Notes: a model not told the origin generated them from the sequence alone. A stretch of DNA of 64,000 bases from Aureliella sp. (GCA_963691875.1 OY829846.1:1312001-1376000); one strand, 5' to 3'; positions 9,545-22,573 are shown, numbered from the stretch's first letter. Program-made: numbers and translations.

Positions 9545-11218
9545 ATGGATAGTTTCGAGCGGAATTCGGCGCAGTCTGGAGATGGCGATTCACTAGCAGA
9601 CATCCCCTCTGTCGAAGCCGAATTGGTTGAGGCTATCCCCTCAGATGAAGCGCCCTTGGAACCTGTTCTTACTGAAATTGTGCCTGCCACTGGTTCTTCA
9701 GGAAACACGGTGCCTCTGAATGAGGAAGAGCGCGAAGAGCTTATCGCCCAGGAAACTCGGCGGAAGATGTTGCTTGCCGCAGTGCCAAGCTGGATCGTCA
9801 GTCTGCTGGTTCACGTTGGTCTTATCGTCGTCCTGGCAGCTGTCACGCTGGATCCAGTTAGCACCGTTCTGAATGTCTTAGAAGCTTCAGAATCAGAGCC
9901 AACGGAGACTGTCGATAACATGGACATCCCGGAGGTCGGAGTGGAATCATCTGCCACGTCAGACGATCCATTGGCCATCGAAACACCAGAGTTGACAGAA
10001 GAAGTGGCAATGCCAGAGGTAACTGCACCAGAAATGCCAGTCTTCGAGCAGATGGTGGATATCAACGCGAATGCTGTCACGGAGAGCATCATGCCTTCCG
10101 CGATGCTCAGTAGCAACGTTTTGTCTCAGCTATCCTCTTCGCTATCGAGTCGCTCAGCTCAAGGTAAAGCAGAGATGCTCGAGCGATTTGGTGGGACTGC
10201 AGCAAGTGAAAAAGCAGTAGCGCGCGCCCTGCGTTGGTTAGCAGTGCATCAAGCTCCTGACGGCGGCTGGACTTTTTTGCACTCCCAAGTCTGCAGAGGC
10301 AAATGCAAGGAAGATGGACGTCACGAGCAAGCTCGCGCCGGCGCGACTGCCATGGCTCTGCTGCCGTTCTTGGGCGCTGGTCAAACGCATCTAGACGGCC
10401 AATACAAAGCAGAAGTCTACAAAGGGCTTTCGTTCCTGATCAATCGACTCAAAGTTGAGCCTTCTCCGATACTCCCAACGGGTAGCTGGCACGAGCCTGG
10501 TGGGCGGATGTATTCACACAGTTGCGCGGCGATTGCCATCTGTGAAGCTTACGCAATGACGAAGGATCCTGATCTGCTACAACCAGCACAACTTTCACTG
10601 AACTATCTGATCAAGGCCCAACATCCAATGGGTGGCTGGCGTTACACTCCCGGACAAGCGGGAGATACGAGTGCAGTTGGATGGTGCCTAATGGCTCTCA
10701 AGAGCGGTCGTATGGGCGGACTAGCGGTTCCTGGAAATGTTTTCCAAGCAACAGACAGGTTTCTGGACTTTGTTTCTCACGAGAACGGAACGCACTACGG
10801 CTACACAACTGGGAACGATTACAAAGGCGGACATAAGGGCTGCACACCGGTAGGCGTTCTTTCACGCATGTACCTAGGCTACGACAAAGAAGAAGAAGTC
10901 GTGCAGAATGGCGTTAAGTTTCTAGCCTCGCAAGGCCCAGACTTGAACGACTTGTACTATACCTACTACGCAACGCAAGTGATGCGGCATCATGGCGGAG
11001 AGGAGTGGGAGCGTTGGAACAACAAGCTGCGTGACAAGCTTATCGAATCACAGGTTCAAACTGGTCACGCTGTTGGCAGCTTCTACAGCAAAGGCGGCCA
11101 TGTCGAGTCTGGCGGCCGACTAGCGGCAACTTCGTTCGCGACGATGATTCTGGAGGTCTATTATCGTCACATGCCGCTATACTCGAAAAAGTCCTCTGAC
11201 GATGACTTTGAGATCTAG
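9545..11218 (+). CDS. Membrane-anchored prenyltransferase/squalene-oxidase repeat protein
   Basis: SWIVSLLVH TM anchor and acidic linker, then QW-like repeats (WLAVHQAPDGGW, AQHPMGGWRY, YYTYYATQ, LEVYYRH). Confidence 0.8.
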   Translation: MDSFERNSAQSGDGDSLADIPSVEAELVEAIPSDEAPLEPVLTEIVPATGSSGNTVPLNEEEREELIAQETRRKMLLAAVPSWIVSLLVHVGLIVVLAAVTLDPVSTVLNVLEASESEPTETVDNMDIPEVGVESSATSDDPLAIETPELTEEVAMPEVTAPEMPVFEQMVDINANAVTESIMPSAMLSSNVLSQLSSSLSSRSAQGKAEMLERFGGTAASEKAVARALRWLAVHQAPDGGWTFLHSQVCRGKCKEDGRHEQARAGATAMALLPFLGAGQTHLDGQYKAEVYKGLSFLINRLKVEPSPILPTGSWHEPGGRMYSHSCAAIAICEAYAMTKDPDLLQPAQLSLNYLIKAQHPMGGWRYTPGQAGDTSAVGWCLMALKSGRMGGLAVPGNVFQATDRFLDFVSHENGTHYGYTTGNDYKGGHKGCTPVGVLSRMYLGYDKEEEVVQNGVKFLASQGPDLNDLYYTYYATQVMRHHGGEEWERWNNKLRDKLIESQVQTGHAVGSFYSKGGHVESGGRLAATSFATMILEVYYRHMPLYSKKSSDDDFEI

Positions 11219-11478
11219 CTCTCAAGCGTGGACCTCAACTGAATCGTTTAAGTCCTTTTCCCCACTGAGAGCCCAGGCGAGAGACTGGGTTTACTGGCTA
11301 GTCTGACGCTAAGTTTTTGCATTTGGACTTCGAAGGAAAGTCGCTGAACATTTTCGATGGTGACAGGTCTACCTCGACCGTTTTACGCACTCCGACGAGC
11401 ATCTCCCCTTGAGTAATTCGTGCTCTTTCGAGACGATGGTCGCGTCTGAATTGTCTTACTCCTCGAACGGTTAGCACG

Positions 11479-12567
<1,089 letters not shown>

Positions 12568-12655
12568 CGGCTTCGCACTCTGCATTATCGATTGCAGCTT
12601 GTTAAGATGTTGTCTCGACCAATCACCATCCTCCAGGCCAAAGGAAACACCATTT

Positions 12656-13075
12656 ATGAAATGCTGCCCGCACTCAACGCGATACCTTGGATTCTTTCTC
12701 GCCGTTACCGTATTGGTAGGAGCCTTTGCCCTAATGAACCAACAGCAATCTCTTGCGGACGACAAGGACGCTAGACTTCTCCGTCACGTGGTAATGTTCA
12801 AGTTCAAGGAGACTTCCTCCAAGAAACAGGTCCAGGAAGTGGTTGATGCATTTTGTGCGTTGCCGAGCAAGATCACAGAAATCCGCGAATTCGAATACGG
12901 CCTGAACAACAGTCCCGAAGGCAAGAATGATGGGCTTACGCACTGTTTCCTATTGACCTTCCATAGCGAAAAGGACCGCGAAGTATACTTGCCGCATCCG
13001 GCCCACAAAGCCTTTGGCAAGATTGTTAGGCCGCATGTCGAGAAGGTAACGGTGTTCGACTACTGGACTAAGTAG
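12656..13075 (+). CDS. Dabb family (stress-responsive alpha/beta barrel) protein, exported
   Basis: LRHVVMFKFK...THCFLLTF...YLPHPAHKAF...VFDYW, with an AAGGA upstream of the ATG at 12656. Confidence 0.9.
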   Translation: MKCCPHSTRYLGFFLAVTVLVGAFALMNQQQSLADDKDARLLRHVVMFKFKETSSKKQVQEVVDAFCALPSKITEIREFEYGLNNSPEGKNDGLTHCFLLTFHSEKDREVYLPHPAHKAFGKIVRPHVEKVTVFDYWTK

Positions 13076-13096
13076 TCGCTTACCACGACAAGGGCT

Positions 13097-14002
13097 GTGC
13101 ATCCAATGCACACTTCATTCAACATGTTTTCTGCATCTCCACGGCTCGCCTGGGTCACCGACCCACATTTCAACTTTGTGCATCAGGCTGAGCGAGACAG
13201 CCTCATCATGGAGCTAGATGCCAGTGGTGCAGATGCAATTGCACTGACAGGAGACATCTCCGAAGCTGAAGACTTATGCTGGCAGCTTAAGCGTTTTCAA
13301 CAAGAGACCGCAAAACCTATTTGCTTCGTCCTTGGGAACCACGACTTCTATCATGGTTCAATTGGAAACACGCGACGAGCCGTTCGCGAGCTTTGTGGTC
13401 AGGAGTCGAGCGAACTCTATTTCTTGACCGGTGCCGAGCCATTACGACTATCCAACGACTGGACACTTTGCGGTGAAGACGGTTGGGCCGACGCGCGGAT
13501 CGGCAACTACTTTCGTTCTCCGGTGCGTATGCATGATTTTCGCTTGATCGAAGACTTTCAAGGGCTCAATGACCTCGAGATCTTCAACTTCCTCAGACTG
13601 GAAGGCATGCGTTCGGCTATCCGTTTGCGGAGACAACTCGAGATCTCGCGGACACAGTCGAGCAAGTCGCTAGTTCTAACGCATGTCCCACCGTTTCGCG
13701 AAGCTTGCTGGCACGAAGGCAAGCACTCAGGTGACGACTGGGCACCGTTCTTTACTTGCCGTGCAGTTGGCTGGATGCTGCTCAAGTTCTGTGAGCGATT
13801 TCCGGACCATCAAGTGTTAGTCCTATGCGGGCACACACATGGCGGCGGCAAATCCCGTATGGCTGACAACCTATTCGTCTGGACCGGTGAGGCTAAGTAC
13901 GGGCACCCGGAGCTGAATCGCATTGTGGACGCTTCAAGTTTTCAAGCTTACGACCACGACTGGTGTTTCACGGATCAGCATCGGAGCTCGTTTGATGCCT
14001 GA
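13097..14002 (+). CDS. Calcineurin-like metallophosphoesterase (CpdA/Icc-like)
   Basis: TDPH, TGDIS, GNHD, THVPP and GHTH motifs. Confidence 0.9.
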   Translation: MHPMHTSFNMFSASPRLAWVTDPHFNFVHQAERDSLIMELDASGADAIALTGDISEAEDLCWQLKRFQQETAKPICFVLGNHDFYHGSIGNTRRAVRELCGQESSELYFLTGAEPLRLSNDWTLCGEDGWADARIGNYFRSPVRMHDFRLIEDFQGLNDLEIFNFLRLEGMRSAIRLRRQLEISRTQSSKSLVLTHVPPFREACWHEGKHSGDDWAPFFTCRAVGWMLLKFCERFPDHQVLVLCGHTHGGGKSRMADNLFVWTGEAKYGHPELNRIVDASSFQAYDHDWCFTDQHRSSFDA

Positions 14003-15422
14003 AAACTCCGCCAGACAAGAGAGAAGGATTCAGCCTACTACTGTTTTCTTTGCCGTTTTCTTCGTCTCAACTGCGATCCAATTGCTATTTGCAATGCAAG
14101 ATCCCTGGCTGACCCGGCCGCCCAAATCAGTAGGTGATGGACTGCAGTATGAGAACATCGCCTTTCATCTTTGGAGCACTGGTGAATATCGCTTTGACAA
14201 TTCATCACCGGATTGGCGGATCACTTATGAGGCGGCTAGCTCCCAGCTAGAGAAAGATCGTGGTGCAGCGGACTACTCTGTGCACCTTGACGCACCCGAA
14301 CGAAATTTGCTTGCCAGCGACCGCCCCCCTCTTTACCCAATGATCGTCGCCGGGTTTTATTCGATCCTAGGCCGGGGCGCCGCTTCCTTCGTCGCAACGC
14401 ATCTATTTTCGCACTTGTGTCTTGCCCTATCCAGCGCGCTTGCCGCGGTCGTTGTCGTTCGACTTTTGCGGATTTGCTCCCCGATGGCTTCTGATCGAAT
14501 TGCTATCGGGCTGGCCTTTCTGCCCATGGTTTTTAGCGTCACCAATCGGACTCTGCAAAGTTACACAAGCGACTTTCTCACGGAGCCGCTGGCAATGGTA
14601 TTGATGCAAGGCACCGTTCTGATGCTCCTTAATCTTTGCAGCTCTGCTGATAATCGACGCGCAAGAGTGTGGTCCTGCATTCTGGCTGGCGTCTCACTTG
14701 GAGCCCTGATTCTGACTCGGTCCGTCATCGTTCTTTGGCTCCCAGGATGGCTCTTTCTGCTGCTGCTCCTGCCGTGTTCCAGTCGCAAGTCGGCACTCAA
14801 ACATGCAGCCTGTATCTTGTTCGTAACGTGCATCCTATGCTCGCCATGGTGGATACGAAATATTGCCGTCACCGGGCGTTTTCTACCACTTGGAACCCAA
14901 GGTATGATCGCGTTGCTAGGAGGCTACAACAAATGGTCTTGGGAAGACGGAGGCGAATGGCGTTTCGAGGCGGAACGAGAATTGCGTAGCAATCTGAGAC
15001 AAGAAGAGACGTGGCAGAACGCCAGTTCTGACCTGGAACGTGAGCTACTGGTATACGATGCTGCTCGTGAAGAGCTGTCTCGTTTTGCCCGCATGCATCT
15101 CGCAGGTCTCTCGCGAATCGGCATAGCTCGAACCGTTACACATTGGAATCCTTACTCAGGCAGGAGCCTCATCTGGAAAGGACTCATTCTCTGGGGTGTC
15201 GGTTTGCTCTTCGTGAAATGCAGGAACTTACGTTCGAGCGGTGGTGATTCCAATTACCTGAAGGCAACAACGATTCTGTACTTGGGCTTGCCAATCCTGA
15301 GCACACTCATGGCAGCGATTCTGTACACGGTGGGCGGGAGATTCTTGCTTCCCTCGTATGGCTTGCTGAACACGCTCGCCGCACTTGGTGTGGCTAAAAT
15401 CCTTCTGTGGGCTAAGGACTAA
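13995..15422 (+). CDS. Polytopic membrane protein, probable GT-C fold glycosyltransferase (ArnT/PMT-like)
   Basis: GDGxxY, RPPLYP, LTEPLA and PWWIRN motifs with many TM segments. The ATG overlaps the upstream stop (ATGCCTGA). Confidence 0.65.
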   Translation: MPENSARQERRIQPTTVFFAVFFVSTAIQLLFAMQDPWLTRPPKSVGDGLQYENIAFHLWSTGEYRFDNSSPDWRITYEAASSQLEKDRGAADYSVHLDAPERNLLASDRPPLYPMIVAGFYSILGRGAASFVATHLFSHLCLALSSALAAVVVVRLLRICSPMASDRIAIGLAFLPMVFSVTNRTLQSYTSDFLTEPLAMVLMQGTVLMLLNLCSSADNRRARVWSCILAGVSLGALILTRSVIVLWLPGWLFLLLLLPCSSRKSALKHAACILFVTCILCSPWWIRNIAVTGRFLPLGTQGMIALLGGYNKWSWEDGGEWRFEAERELRSNLRQEETWQNASSDLERELLVYDAAREELSRFARMHLAGLSRIGIARTVTHWNPYSGRSLIWKGLILWGVGLLFVKCRNLRSSGGDSNYLKATTILYLGLPILSTLMAAILYTVGGRFLLPSYGLLNTLAALGVAKILLWAKD

Positions 15423-15722
15423 AGAAGACGGTGAGCGTCGGGTAGAACTTAATCCAGGCAGCATATGGGAAGAAGAGTGGGATCCTTACGTTACTTAGAG
15501 TGGTTTTTACAGCCGTCCTAATCGGAAATGGTGGCTCCAACCGTGCCGTTTGCTTGCCGCCATGATGCGAGATGAATTAGAATGTTGAGTACAGTTCTTG
15601 ACATCGCTACGCTACGATCAGGGCCCTAGTGCCCAGGTTTGTCCCCCAGAACGCACCTTACCCAGACCTAGTTGCTCATCACCGCGTTCTGGCTAGTTCC
15701 TCCCAAACTCGGAGAGTCTTAC

Positions 15723-17699
15723 ATGAAGGCTCGCATTACAAGTGATCTTTCCATGCACTCCAAGCCCTTTTGGGGACGATTGGCACTCTGCACTTTGCTC
15801 GTTTTGATGTCGACTGGCCTCGCTGAGGCTCAGAGCAAGGGCAAGAAGATGAAGTCCAAGAAGTTCAAGGGATACGGTCTTCCCGATCCGGTCAAAACGG
15901 CAACCAAGGTGAAAATGCGAGTCGTGCCCGTAGATGCGGAACGAGCCCAAGAATGCAAAGATGTGGCGGCTAAGATCGACGAAATGGTCGAAGCCAAGCT
16001 CAAAACGCAAGGCATCGAACCCAATGCGATGGCTAACGATTACACCTTTGTGCGTCGAGTCTATTTGGACGCGGTTGGGACGATTCCGACACTGATCGAA
16101 ACGAACGCTTACGCAGCAACTAAGGCTTCCAACAAGCGCGAAGTCGCTATAGATAAACTTCTGAGCTCACCTGGCTACGTCAGCCATATGTACAACTACT
16201 GGGCGAACATTCTTCGCGTAAAAGATCGACCAAACAACAACATTATCGGTTTTCCTTTTCGAGATTACCTCAAGGAGACGTTGCGGAAGAACATGCCTTA
16301 CGACAAGTGGGTCACCGAGATGCTGACTGCGGAAGGCAAAATCTGGGACAACCCAGCAGTCGGCTATACACTTCGAGACAATGGAATGCCTCTGGTACAT
16401 GTCGACAACACAGTACGCGTGTTCCTTGGAACGCAGATTGGTTGTGCGCAATGCCACGATCATCCATTCGACAAATGGACGCAACAAGAGTTCTATCAAC
16501 TGGCCGCATTCACGCATGGCACCCGTACTCGAGACGGCGGTGGAACACCCGCTTTTAAGAACGGTAACCCAATCACACGAGTTCGTAAGGAACTCACGGA
16601 GATGGATGATAGTAAGCGACTCACCGGCTCGAAGAACTTACTATTGCAAGCGAACTTATTCCGAGTTTCGTTCAACGACAAACGCAAGCTTAAGCTGCCG
16701 CATGACTATCAGTATGACGACGCGAAGCCCAATCAATTGGTGAAGCCCAATTTTCTTTGGGGAGAAGCTCCTTCGGGAGCGAAGGAACTCTCTCCTCGCG
16801 AGCAGTACGCAGCTTGGCTTACCGACTCGAAGAATCCACGTTTTGCAAAGACGGTCGCCAACCGACTTTGGAAGAAAGTGATGGGCGTAGGCTTGATTGA
16901 GCCAGTCGATGATATCACCGATAATACCGTCAGCCAAAATGATGAGCTGATGGACTTCTTGACGAAAGAGATGATTCGTTTGAAGTTCAATCAAAAAGAA
17001 TTCATCCGAACTTTGATGTACACCCGCACCTACCAACGGGCAAGCAGTGATTATGATCCCTCAGAGGCGGAGTTCTATCACTACCCAGGTCCGCGTTTGC
17101 GGCGCATGTCGGCAGAGCAAGCCTGGGATTCCATCCTAACCATCGCAGTGTACAACCCGATTTCTTACGATCTGCCGGCGACAGAACAGCTCGCCGACAC
17201 CGTCAATATGGACTTGTCCCAAGTCAACTACGCGGAAGTCGAGAAGAAAGCCAAAGAGTATGACGAGACTGTTGGTCCGCGTGCTCGAACGAAGATCATG
17301 AATAAGTCGGCCTATCAGCGGCAAGTCCTCGCTCGCGCTTCCGAACTGCAATCTCCACTTCCAGCCGATCATTTTATCCGGCAGTTTGGTCAATGTGACC
17401 GGGAAACGATCGAAGGTGACAGCACTGACCCGACGGTGCCCCAAGTCTTGACGATGTTCAATGGACTCTTCACGCACATGATGTTGGAGAAGGGCTCGGT
17501 CATCAACGACAGTGTGATGAAATCTGCCAACGTCCGTGATGCAATGAACGTCATGTTCAAATCCATCCTGAACCGACCTCCAACTTCGCGAGATCGTGAC
17601 ATCGCGATGAAGGAGATGACCCGAGGTGACCGAGTTATGGGCTACGGCAACGTGATCTGGGCCTTGATCAACACACGCGAGTTCCTGTTCATTCAGTGA
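15723..17699 (+). CDS. DUF1549/DUF1553 (PSCyt2/PSD1) domain protein
   Basis: FVRRVYLD..GTIPT, FLGTQIGCAQCHDHPFDKW, ANRLWKKVMGVGLIEPVDD, RRMSAEQ, WALINTREF. GGAGAG precedes the ATG. Confidence 0.92.
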   Translation: MKARITSDLSMHSKPFWGRLALCTLLVLMSTGLAEAQSKGKKMKSKKFKGYGLPDPVKTATKVKMRVVPVDAERAQECKDVAAKIDEMVEAKLKTQGIEPNAMANDYTFVRRVYLDAVGTIPTLIETNAYAATKASNKREVAIDKLLSSPGYVSHMYNYWANILRVKDRPNNNIIGFPFRDYLKETLRKNMPYDKWVTEMLTAEGKIWDNPAVGYTLRDNGMPLVHVDNTVRVFLGTQIGCAQCHDHPFDKWTQQEFYQLAAFTHGTRTRDGGGTPAFKNGNPITRVRKELTEMDDSKRLTGSKNLLLQANLFRVSFNDKRKLKLPHDYQYDDAKPNQLVKPNFLWGEAPSGAKELSPREQYAAWLTDSKNPRFAKTVANRLWKKVMGVGLIEPVDDITDNTVSQNDELMDFLTKEMIRLKFNQKEFIRTLMYTRTYQRASSDYDPSEAEFYHYPGPRLRRMSAEQAWDSILTIAVYNPISYDLPATEQLADTVNMDLSQVNYAEVEKKAKEYDETVGPRARTKIMNKSAYQRQVLARASELQSPLPADHFIRQFGQCDRETIEGDSTDPTVPQVLTMFNGLFTHMMLEKGSVINDSVMKSANVRDAMNVMFKSILNRPPTSRDRDIAMKEMTRGDRVMGYGNVIWALINTREFLFIQ

Positions 17700-17749
17700 T
17701 ACCTTGGTTCATGAATTTTCAAAGCAAACCAATCACAAAAAGCGAAGCT

Positions 17750-19072
17750 ATGTCTCCTCGATTCACTCCCGAACTTGCCATTCAAGGCCTCGATCCGGAG
17801 CAAGATCGACGCACTTTCATGTCGACAGCAGCCAAGTCATTGCTCGGTGTCAGTGTCGCAGGTGCTTTGACCAATAGCGGCATGAACTCTATCGCGCATG
17901 CTGCCGCGGCAACATCTGTCGCTGGCAAAGCAAAGAGCGTGATCTATCTGTATATGACCGGCGCTATGAGTCACTTGGATACCTTCGATCCCAAACCGGG
18001 ATCCGAAAGCCAAGGAGAGACCCAGCCTACCAAGACGCGAGTTCCTGGCATTCAGATCACCGATAAGATGCCCAAGCTCGCCTATCTGATGAATGGAATT
18101 GCGCTCGTACGGAGCCTGACTACTGAAACTGGTGCTCACGAGCAGGGACGCTATCTGATGCGGACCAGCTACAAACCGCTGAAATCAATACGCCACCCAG
18201 CTCTCGGCACGTGGGCGAACCACATTCTCAAGAAAGCCAACCCGAATCTGCCTGGTAATGTCTTGATCGGTTCAGCGGCAGGGCACCCAGCCGCTGGATT
18301 TCTGCCGGCGTCGATTGCTCCTGTTCCGATTTCCAATCCGGCAGCTGGCTTACAAAATTCCAAGTCGCCGGGATACGTGGACGACGATATTTTTCGCAAA
18401 CGCATGTCTCTGGCAAGGCAGTTTGATGCAAAGTTCAAGACCAGCGTAGACAGTCACCTCGTTCAAGCCTACGACGAGACGTATCGCGAAGCTGTTCGGT
18501 TGATGGGCTCTTTCGAACTCAATGTCTTTGACATCAAGCAAGAGAAGCAAGAAATCCGTGACTTCTATGGTGACAATCGATTCGGTCAGGGCTGTCTGTT
18601 GGCTCGTCGATTGGTGCAGAAGGGAGTCCGGTTTGTCGAAGTCGAGTATGATGGCTGGGACAACCACAATGATATCTACTCGCGTATCCCTGGGCTAGCA
18701 ACCAACGTCGATAACGCCGTCGGAGCTTTGCTCAAAGATTTGGCATCGAAAGGCATGCTCGACGAAGTGCTCGTTGTCATTGCGACTGAGTTCGGTCGGA
18801 CGCCGAAGATCAATGAGAATGCCGGGCGCGATCACCACCCAGGAGTCTTCTCTGGACTGATGTGCGGAGCCGGAATTCGCGGCGGTCAGGTTTATGGCAA
18901 GTCAGACGACAAAGGCCATTCGCCCGAAGAGGACGCAGTTTACCCCGAAGACTTCAATGCAACGATTGCGGCCGCGATGGGCTTGCCACTGGAGGAAGAG
19001 TTCTTTGCTCCCAATGGCCGGCCCTTCCGAATCTGCAACAGCGGTACCCCAATCGAAGAGCTGCTCGCGTAG
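17750..19072 (+). CDS. DUF1501 domain protein with Tat-like signal
   Basis: DRRTFM twin-arginine motif, GAMSHLDTFDPKP, FGQGCLLARRLV, GWDNH, TEFGRTPKIN..GRDHHP. Confidence 0.92.
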   Translation: MSPRFTPELAIQGLDPEQDRRTFMSTAAKSLLGVSVAGALTNSGMNSIAHAAAATSVAGKAKSVIYLYMTGAMSHLDTFDPKPGSESQGETQPTKTRVPGIQITDKMPKLAYLMNGIALVRSLTTETGAHEQGRYLMRTSYKPLKSIRHPALGTWANHILKKANPNLPGNVLIGSAAGHPAAGFLPASIAPVPISNPAAGLQNSKSPGYVDDDIFRKRMSLARQFDAKFKTSVDSHLVQAYDETYREAVRLMGSFELNVFDIKQEKQEIRDFYGDNRFGQGCLLARRLVQKGVRFVEVEYDGWDNHNDIYSRIPGLATNVDNAVGALLKDLASKGMLDEVLVVIATEFGRTPKINENAGRDHHPGVFSGLMCGAGIRGGQVYGKSDDKGHSPEEDAVYPEDFNATIAAAMGLPLEEEFFAPNGRPFRICNSGTPIEELLA

Positions 19073-19237
19073 TGTGATTTACCAGAATTCCCTTAACGCA
19101 CCCGACGCTTTGGATTCCAATTGCACCCAGCCGTTCAGCCGAAGGTATAACTCCATTCACCGCTTAGGGAACATTACGTGAATGACTCGAACGGATGAAT
19201 TCCAGAAATTCCGTCTCCGGTAAAGCAATGCGTCCGG

Positions 19238-19583
19238 CTAGTTCGCCAATCTCCCCGCAAAGCCACTCTACTCATGGATCATTTGTCTGTTCTCGCTGAA
19301 ACAGCGAGAGTTGCTTTTGGTACTCTTTCAGCACACGCTCTCCGGATTTGACTTTGCGAGGCCAGTAGATCGCTGCGTGAAACGCGATTTGATACAACTA
19401 AGTTGTCTTGGCAATGCCATTTTTGCGACTCGGGATCGAATCCCAGACCTAAAACGCGATCTCCTGCAGCAGGTTGCCTTGGTCGGCGACAGTGCGAGCA
19501 AAGGTGCGAGCTAACTTGATCCGCCAACAGCGGTAGCGGCTGAGCCAGTCGAGGAACATCGCTTCATAGTCATTTACTTGCAT
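19238..19583 (-). pseudogene. ECF RNA polymerase sigma factor remnant
   Basis: Reads MQVNDYEAMFLDWLSRY...KLARTFARTVADQGNLLQEIAF*VWDSIP...TT*LYQIAFHAAIYW...TNDP*VEWLCGEIGEL. Stops are at 19451-49, 19400-398 and 19274-72, and region 4 is absent. Confidence 0.8.
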
Positions 19584-20003
19584 CGGTTTTCCGGTTTCTT
19601 ATTAGCCCCACGGTATCGTAGCTGGCACTCGTCAAGCCACGACAGGATGTGCCAAAGGTCAACGAGACTTTCAGAATCGAATGTCGGATCGAAGGCATAC
19701 CGAGAGTCTTGACGACTACCGCTGCCAATTTTGTTCCGTGCTGCGAAAAGTACAAATAAATCGAGGCAGTCATTTCTTACAGCTGTCCAATCCAATTCGA
19801 GGAAATGCCGGAAGATAGATTGCTGATGCCCTTTCAGATTGGGGCTGGCAATTCCTTGATTCCTCTCGAATACGGGACGTAACACTCGAAGCAGGCGCTC
19901 TGGGAAGGTCTTGGTTCCTGACCTATAATCCGGCATCTTCCCTGGGTTACGCTTCATCCCAGCCGCTTCTCCTTAACGGACTAATCAGGTCAAGAGTAAA
20001 TTC

Positions 20004-21077
20004 ATGAGTGAAATTGAACGCACCGTCATCATCGGAAGTGGCCCCGCAGGCTGGGCAGCCGCCATCTACGCAGCTCGTGCCAATTTGCAGCCCCTTGTTT
20101 TTGAAGGCACCATCCAGCCTGACAACTCGATGATTCCTCTGGGGCAGCTCGCTTTCACGACGGAAGTTGAAAACTACCCAGGCTTTCCCTTTGGGAACGT
20201 ACGAGCCTTTATCGAGTCTTCAGTCGACAAGGACCGGCAGTGGAATTTGCCACCAGTACCTAAGGGCGAAGAAAAGGACGGTCAGCCGCATTACGCCGTC
20301 CAAGGCACAGAGCTGATGGAGTTGATGAAGCAGCAAGCCCTTAACTTTGGCACCCGAGTGATCGGCGACGACATCGTCGATGTTGACTTTAGTGGCGATG
20401 TTCACCAAGTCATTCCAAAGAGTGGAGATCCCGTCGAGGCACATACGGTCGTTATTGCGACTGGAGCACGGGCGAACTACCTGGGTCTGCCATCCGAAGA
20501 AGAATACAAGAACAAGGGGGTAAGCGCTTGTGCTGTTTGTGACGGTGCTCTACCTGTCTACCGTCAAAAGAATCTTGCTGTCATCGGTGGTGGCGATACT
20601 GCGGTCGAAGAGGCGACTTACCTGGCGAATCTCGACGGCGCGAAGACCATTTATATGATCCACCGACGCGACGAACTGCGGGCCTCGAAAGTGATGCAGG
20701 ACCGGGCCCTGAACCATCCGAACATTGAAATGGTCTGGAACAGTGTCGTTGAGGAAGTTCTTGGTGATGGGAATTTGGTCACGGGCCTCAAGCTGAAGAA
20801 TACTCGGGATGATAGTACCAAACAGCTGGACGTGAGCGGCATGTTTGTGGCCATCGGGCATACGCCAAACACCGCCTTCTTGAACAACAAAGTTGAAATG
20901 AACGACAAGGGCTACATTCAGTGGTCAAAGCCATTCCGAACGAACACTAGCATCGAAGGCGTTTTTGCTGCTGGTGATGTCGCAGACGACTACTACCGTC
21001 AAGCTATCACCTCGGCTGGGACTGGATGTATGGCTGCCTTGGACTGCGAGCGTTACTTGGCTGAGAAGGGACTATAG
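20004..21077 (+). CDS. trxB: Thioredoxin-disulfide reductase
   Basis: [47 protein letters not shown]. Confidence 0.96.
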   Translation: MSEIERTVIIGSGPAGWAAAIYAARANLQPLVFEGTIQPDNSMIPLGQLAFTTEVENYPGFPFGNVRAFIESSVDKDRQWNLPPVPKGEEKDGQPHYAVQGTELMELMKQQALNFGTRVIGDDIVDVDFSGDVHQVIPKSGDPVEAHTVVIATGARANYLGLPSEEEYKNKGVSACAVCDGALPVYRQKNLAVIGGGDTAVEEATYLANLDGAKTIYMIHRRDELRASKVMQDRALNHPNIEMVWNSVVEEVLGDGNLVTGLKLKNTRDDSTKQLDVSGMFVAIGHTPNTAFLNNKVEMNDKGYIQWSKPFRTNTSIEGVFAAGDVADDYYRQAITSAGTGCMAALDCERYLAEKGL

Positions 21078-21184
21078 AGCAGCCAGAAAAAAGTGCTACG
21101 TCGAACCTGTCTCCACGCTTTCCTTCAGAAGTGGACGAGCGGGGGACGAACCTAATGACTTCCCAAAACACAAAAAGTAGAACC

Positions 21185-22573
21185 ATGAAATGGATTCCAG
21201 TATCGCAGGCACGGGACGCTTCCAAAGTCGGTGGAGAAGTGGAAGTGCGCGGCTGGGTCAGAACACGCCGCGACAGCAAAGGTGGTTTCAGCTTCATCGA
21301 GATAAACGATGGAAGCTGCATGGCCAACCTGCAGATCATCGCGGATTCTGATCTGGAAAACTATGAAAGTGAGATCACTTCGCTTTCGGTCGGTAGCTCC
21401 ATTGTGGCAAGCGGAGAACTAAAGGCGAGTCAGGGCAAGGGGCAAGCCACAGAACTTCAAGCCGCATCGGTCCGTCTAATCGGCGATGCTCCTAGCGATT
21501 ACCCGCTGCAAAAGAAACGCCACAGTTTCGAAAAGCTTCGTGAATGGGCACACTTGCGTCCACGAACGAATTCGTTTGGTGCAATCACACGTGTCCGCAA
21601 CCAACTTGCGTATTCCGTTCACCAGTTCTTCCAAGATGAAGGATTTTTCTATGTTCACACGCCGATCATCACGGCCAGTGACTGCGAAGGTGCAGGCCAG
21701 ATGTTCCGTGTGACAACTCTGCCACATGAGAATCCGCCGCAGTTGGAAGGTAAGGTCGACTACTCAAAAGACTTTTTCGGCAAGCCCTCGTACCTGACCG
21801 TTTCGGGACAATTGGAAGCCGAGATTTATGCAACTTCACTCGGGCGATGTTACACCTTTGGGCCAACCTTTCGGGCGGAAAACAGCAACACTAGCCGGCA
21901 TCTTTCTGAGTTCTGGATGATCGAGCCGGAGGCGGCCTTCTTCGAACTCGCAGACAACATGGATTTGGCGGAACGATTCATCAAACGTTTGTTGACCGAT
22001 TTGCTCGACAACTGCGGCGATGACATGCAGTTCTTCAACGATCGCATCCAAAAAGGGATTCTCGATTCTCTAACGCAAGTAAAAGATAAATCCTTCACAC
22101 ATATGACTTACACGGAAGCGGTCGGCATTCTGGAGAAGTCCGGTGAGAAGTTCGAGTTTCCGGTCTCATGGGGTACCGACTTACAGGCCGAGCATGAGCG
22201 GTTCTTGACCGAGAATCATGTGGGAGGCCCAATGATCCTGCACAACTATCCGAAGACGATTAAGCCGTTTTACATGCGTTGCAATGACGATGACAAAACG
22301 GTGGCGGCGATGGATGTTTTGGTCCCACAAGTCGGCGAAATCATCGGTGGCAGCCAGCGTGAAGAGCGCTTAGACATCCTGCTGAGTCGAATGCAGGAAA
22401 TGGACCTGAGCGAAGAAGAGTACTGGTGGTATGTCGACTTGCGGAAGTACGGCTCGGTTCCGCATAGTGGTTTTGGCCTTGGCTTTGAACGCGTGATTCA
22501 ATGGGTGACCGGTATGGCGAACATTCGCGACGTCATTCCATTCCCGAGGACACCAGGTTCAGCCGAGTTTTAG
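21185..22573 (+). CDS. asnS: Asparagine--tRNA ligase
   Basis: [56 protein letters not shown]. Confidence 0.97.
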   Translation: MKWIPVSQARDASKVGGEVEVRGWVRTRRDSKGGFSFIEINDGSCMANLQIIADSDLENYESEITSLSVGSSIVASGELKASQGKGQATELQAASVRLIGDAPSDYPLQKKRHSFEKLREWAHLRPRTNSFGAITRVRNQLAYSVHQFFQDEGFFYVHTPIITASDCEGAGQMFRVTTLPHENPPQLEGKVDYSKDFFGKPSYLTVSGQLEAEIYATSLGRCYTFGPTFRAENSNTSRHLSEFWMIEPEAAFFELADNMDLAERFIKRLLTDLLDNCGDDMQFFNDRIQKGILDSLTQVKDKSFTHMTYTEAVGILEKSGEKFEFPVSWGTDLQAEHERFLTENHVGGPMILHNYPKTIKPFYMRCNDDDKTVAAMDVLVPQVGEIIGGSQREERLDILLSRMQEMDLSEEEYWWYVDLRKYGSVPHSGFGLGFERVIQWVTGMANIRDVIPFPRTPGSAEF

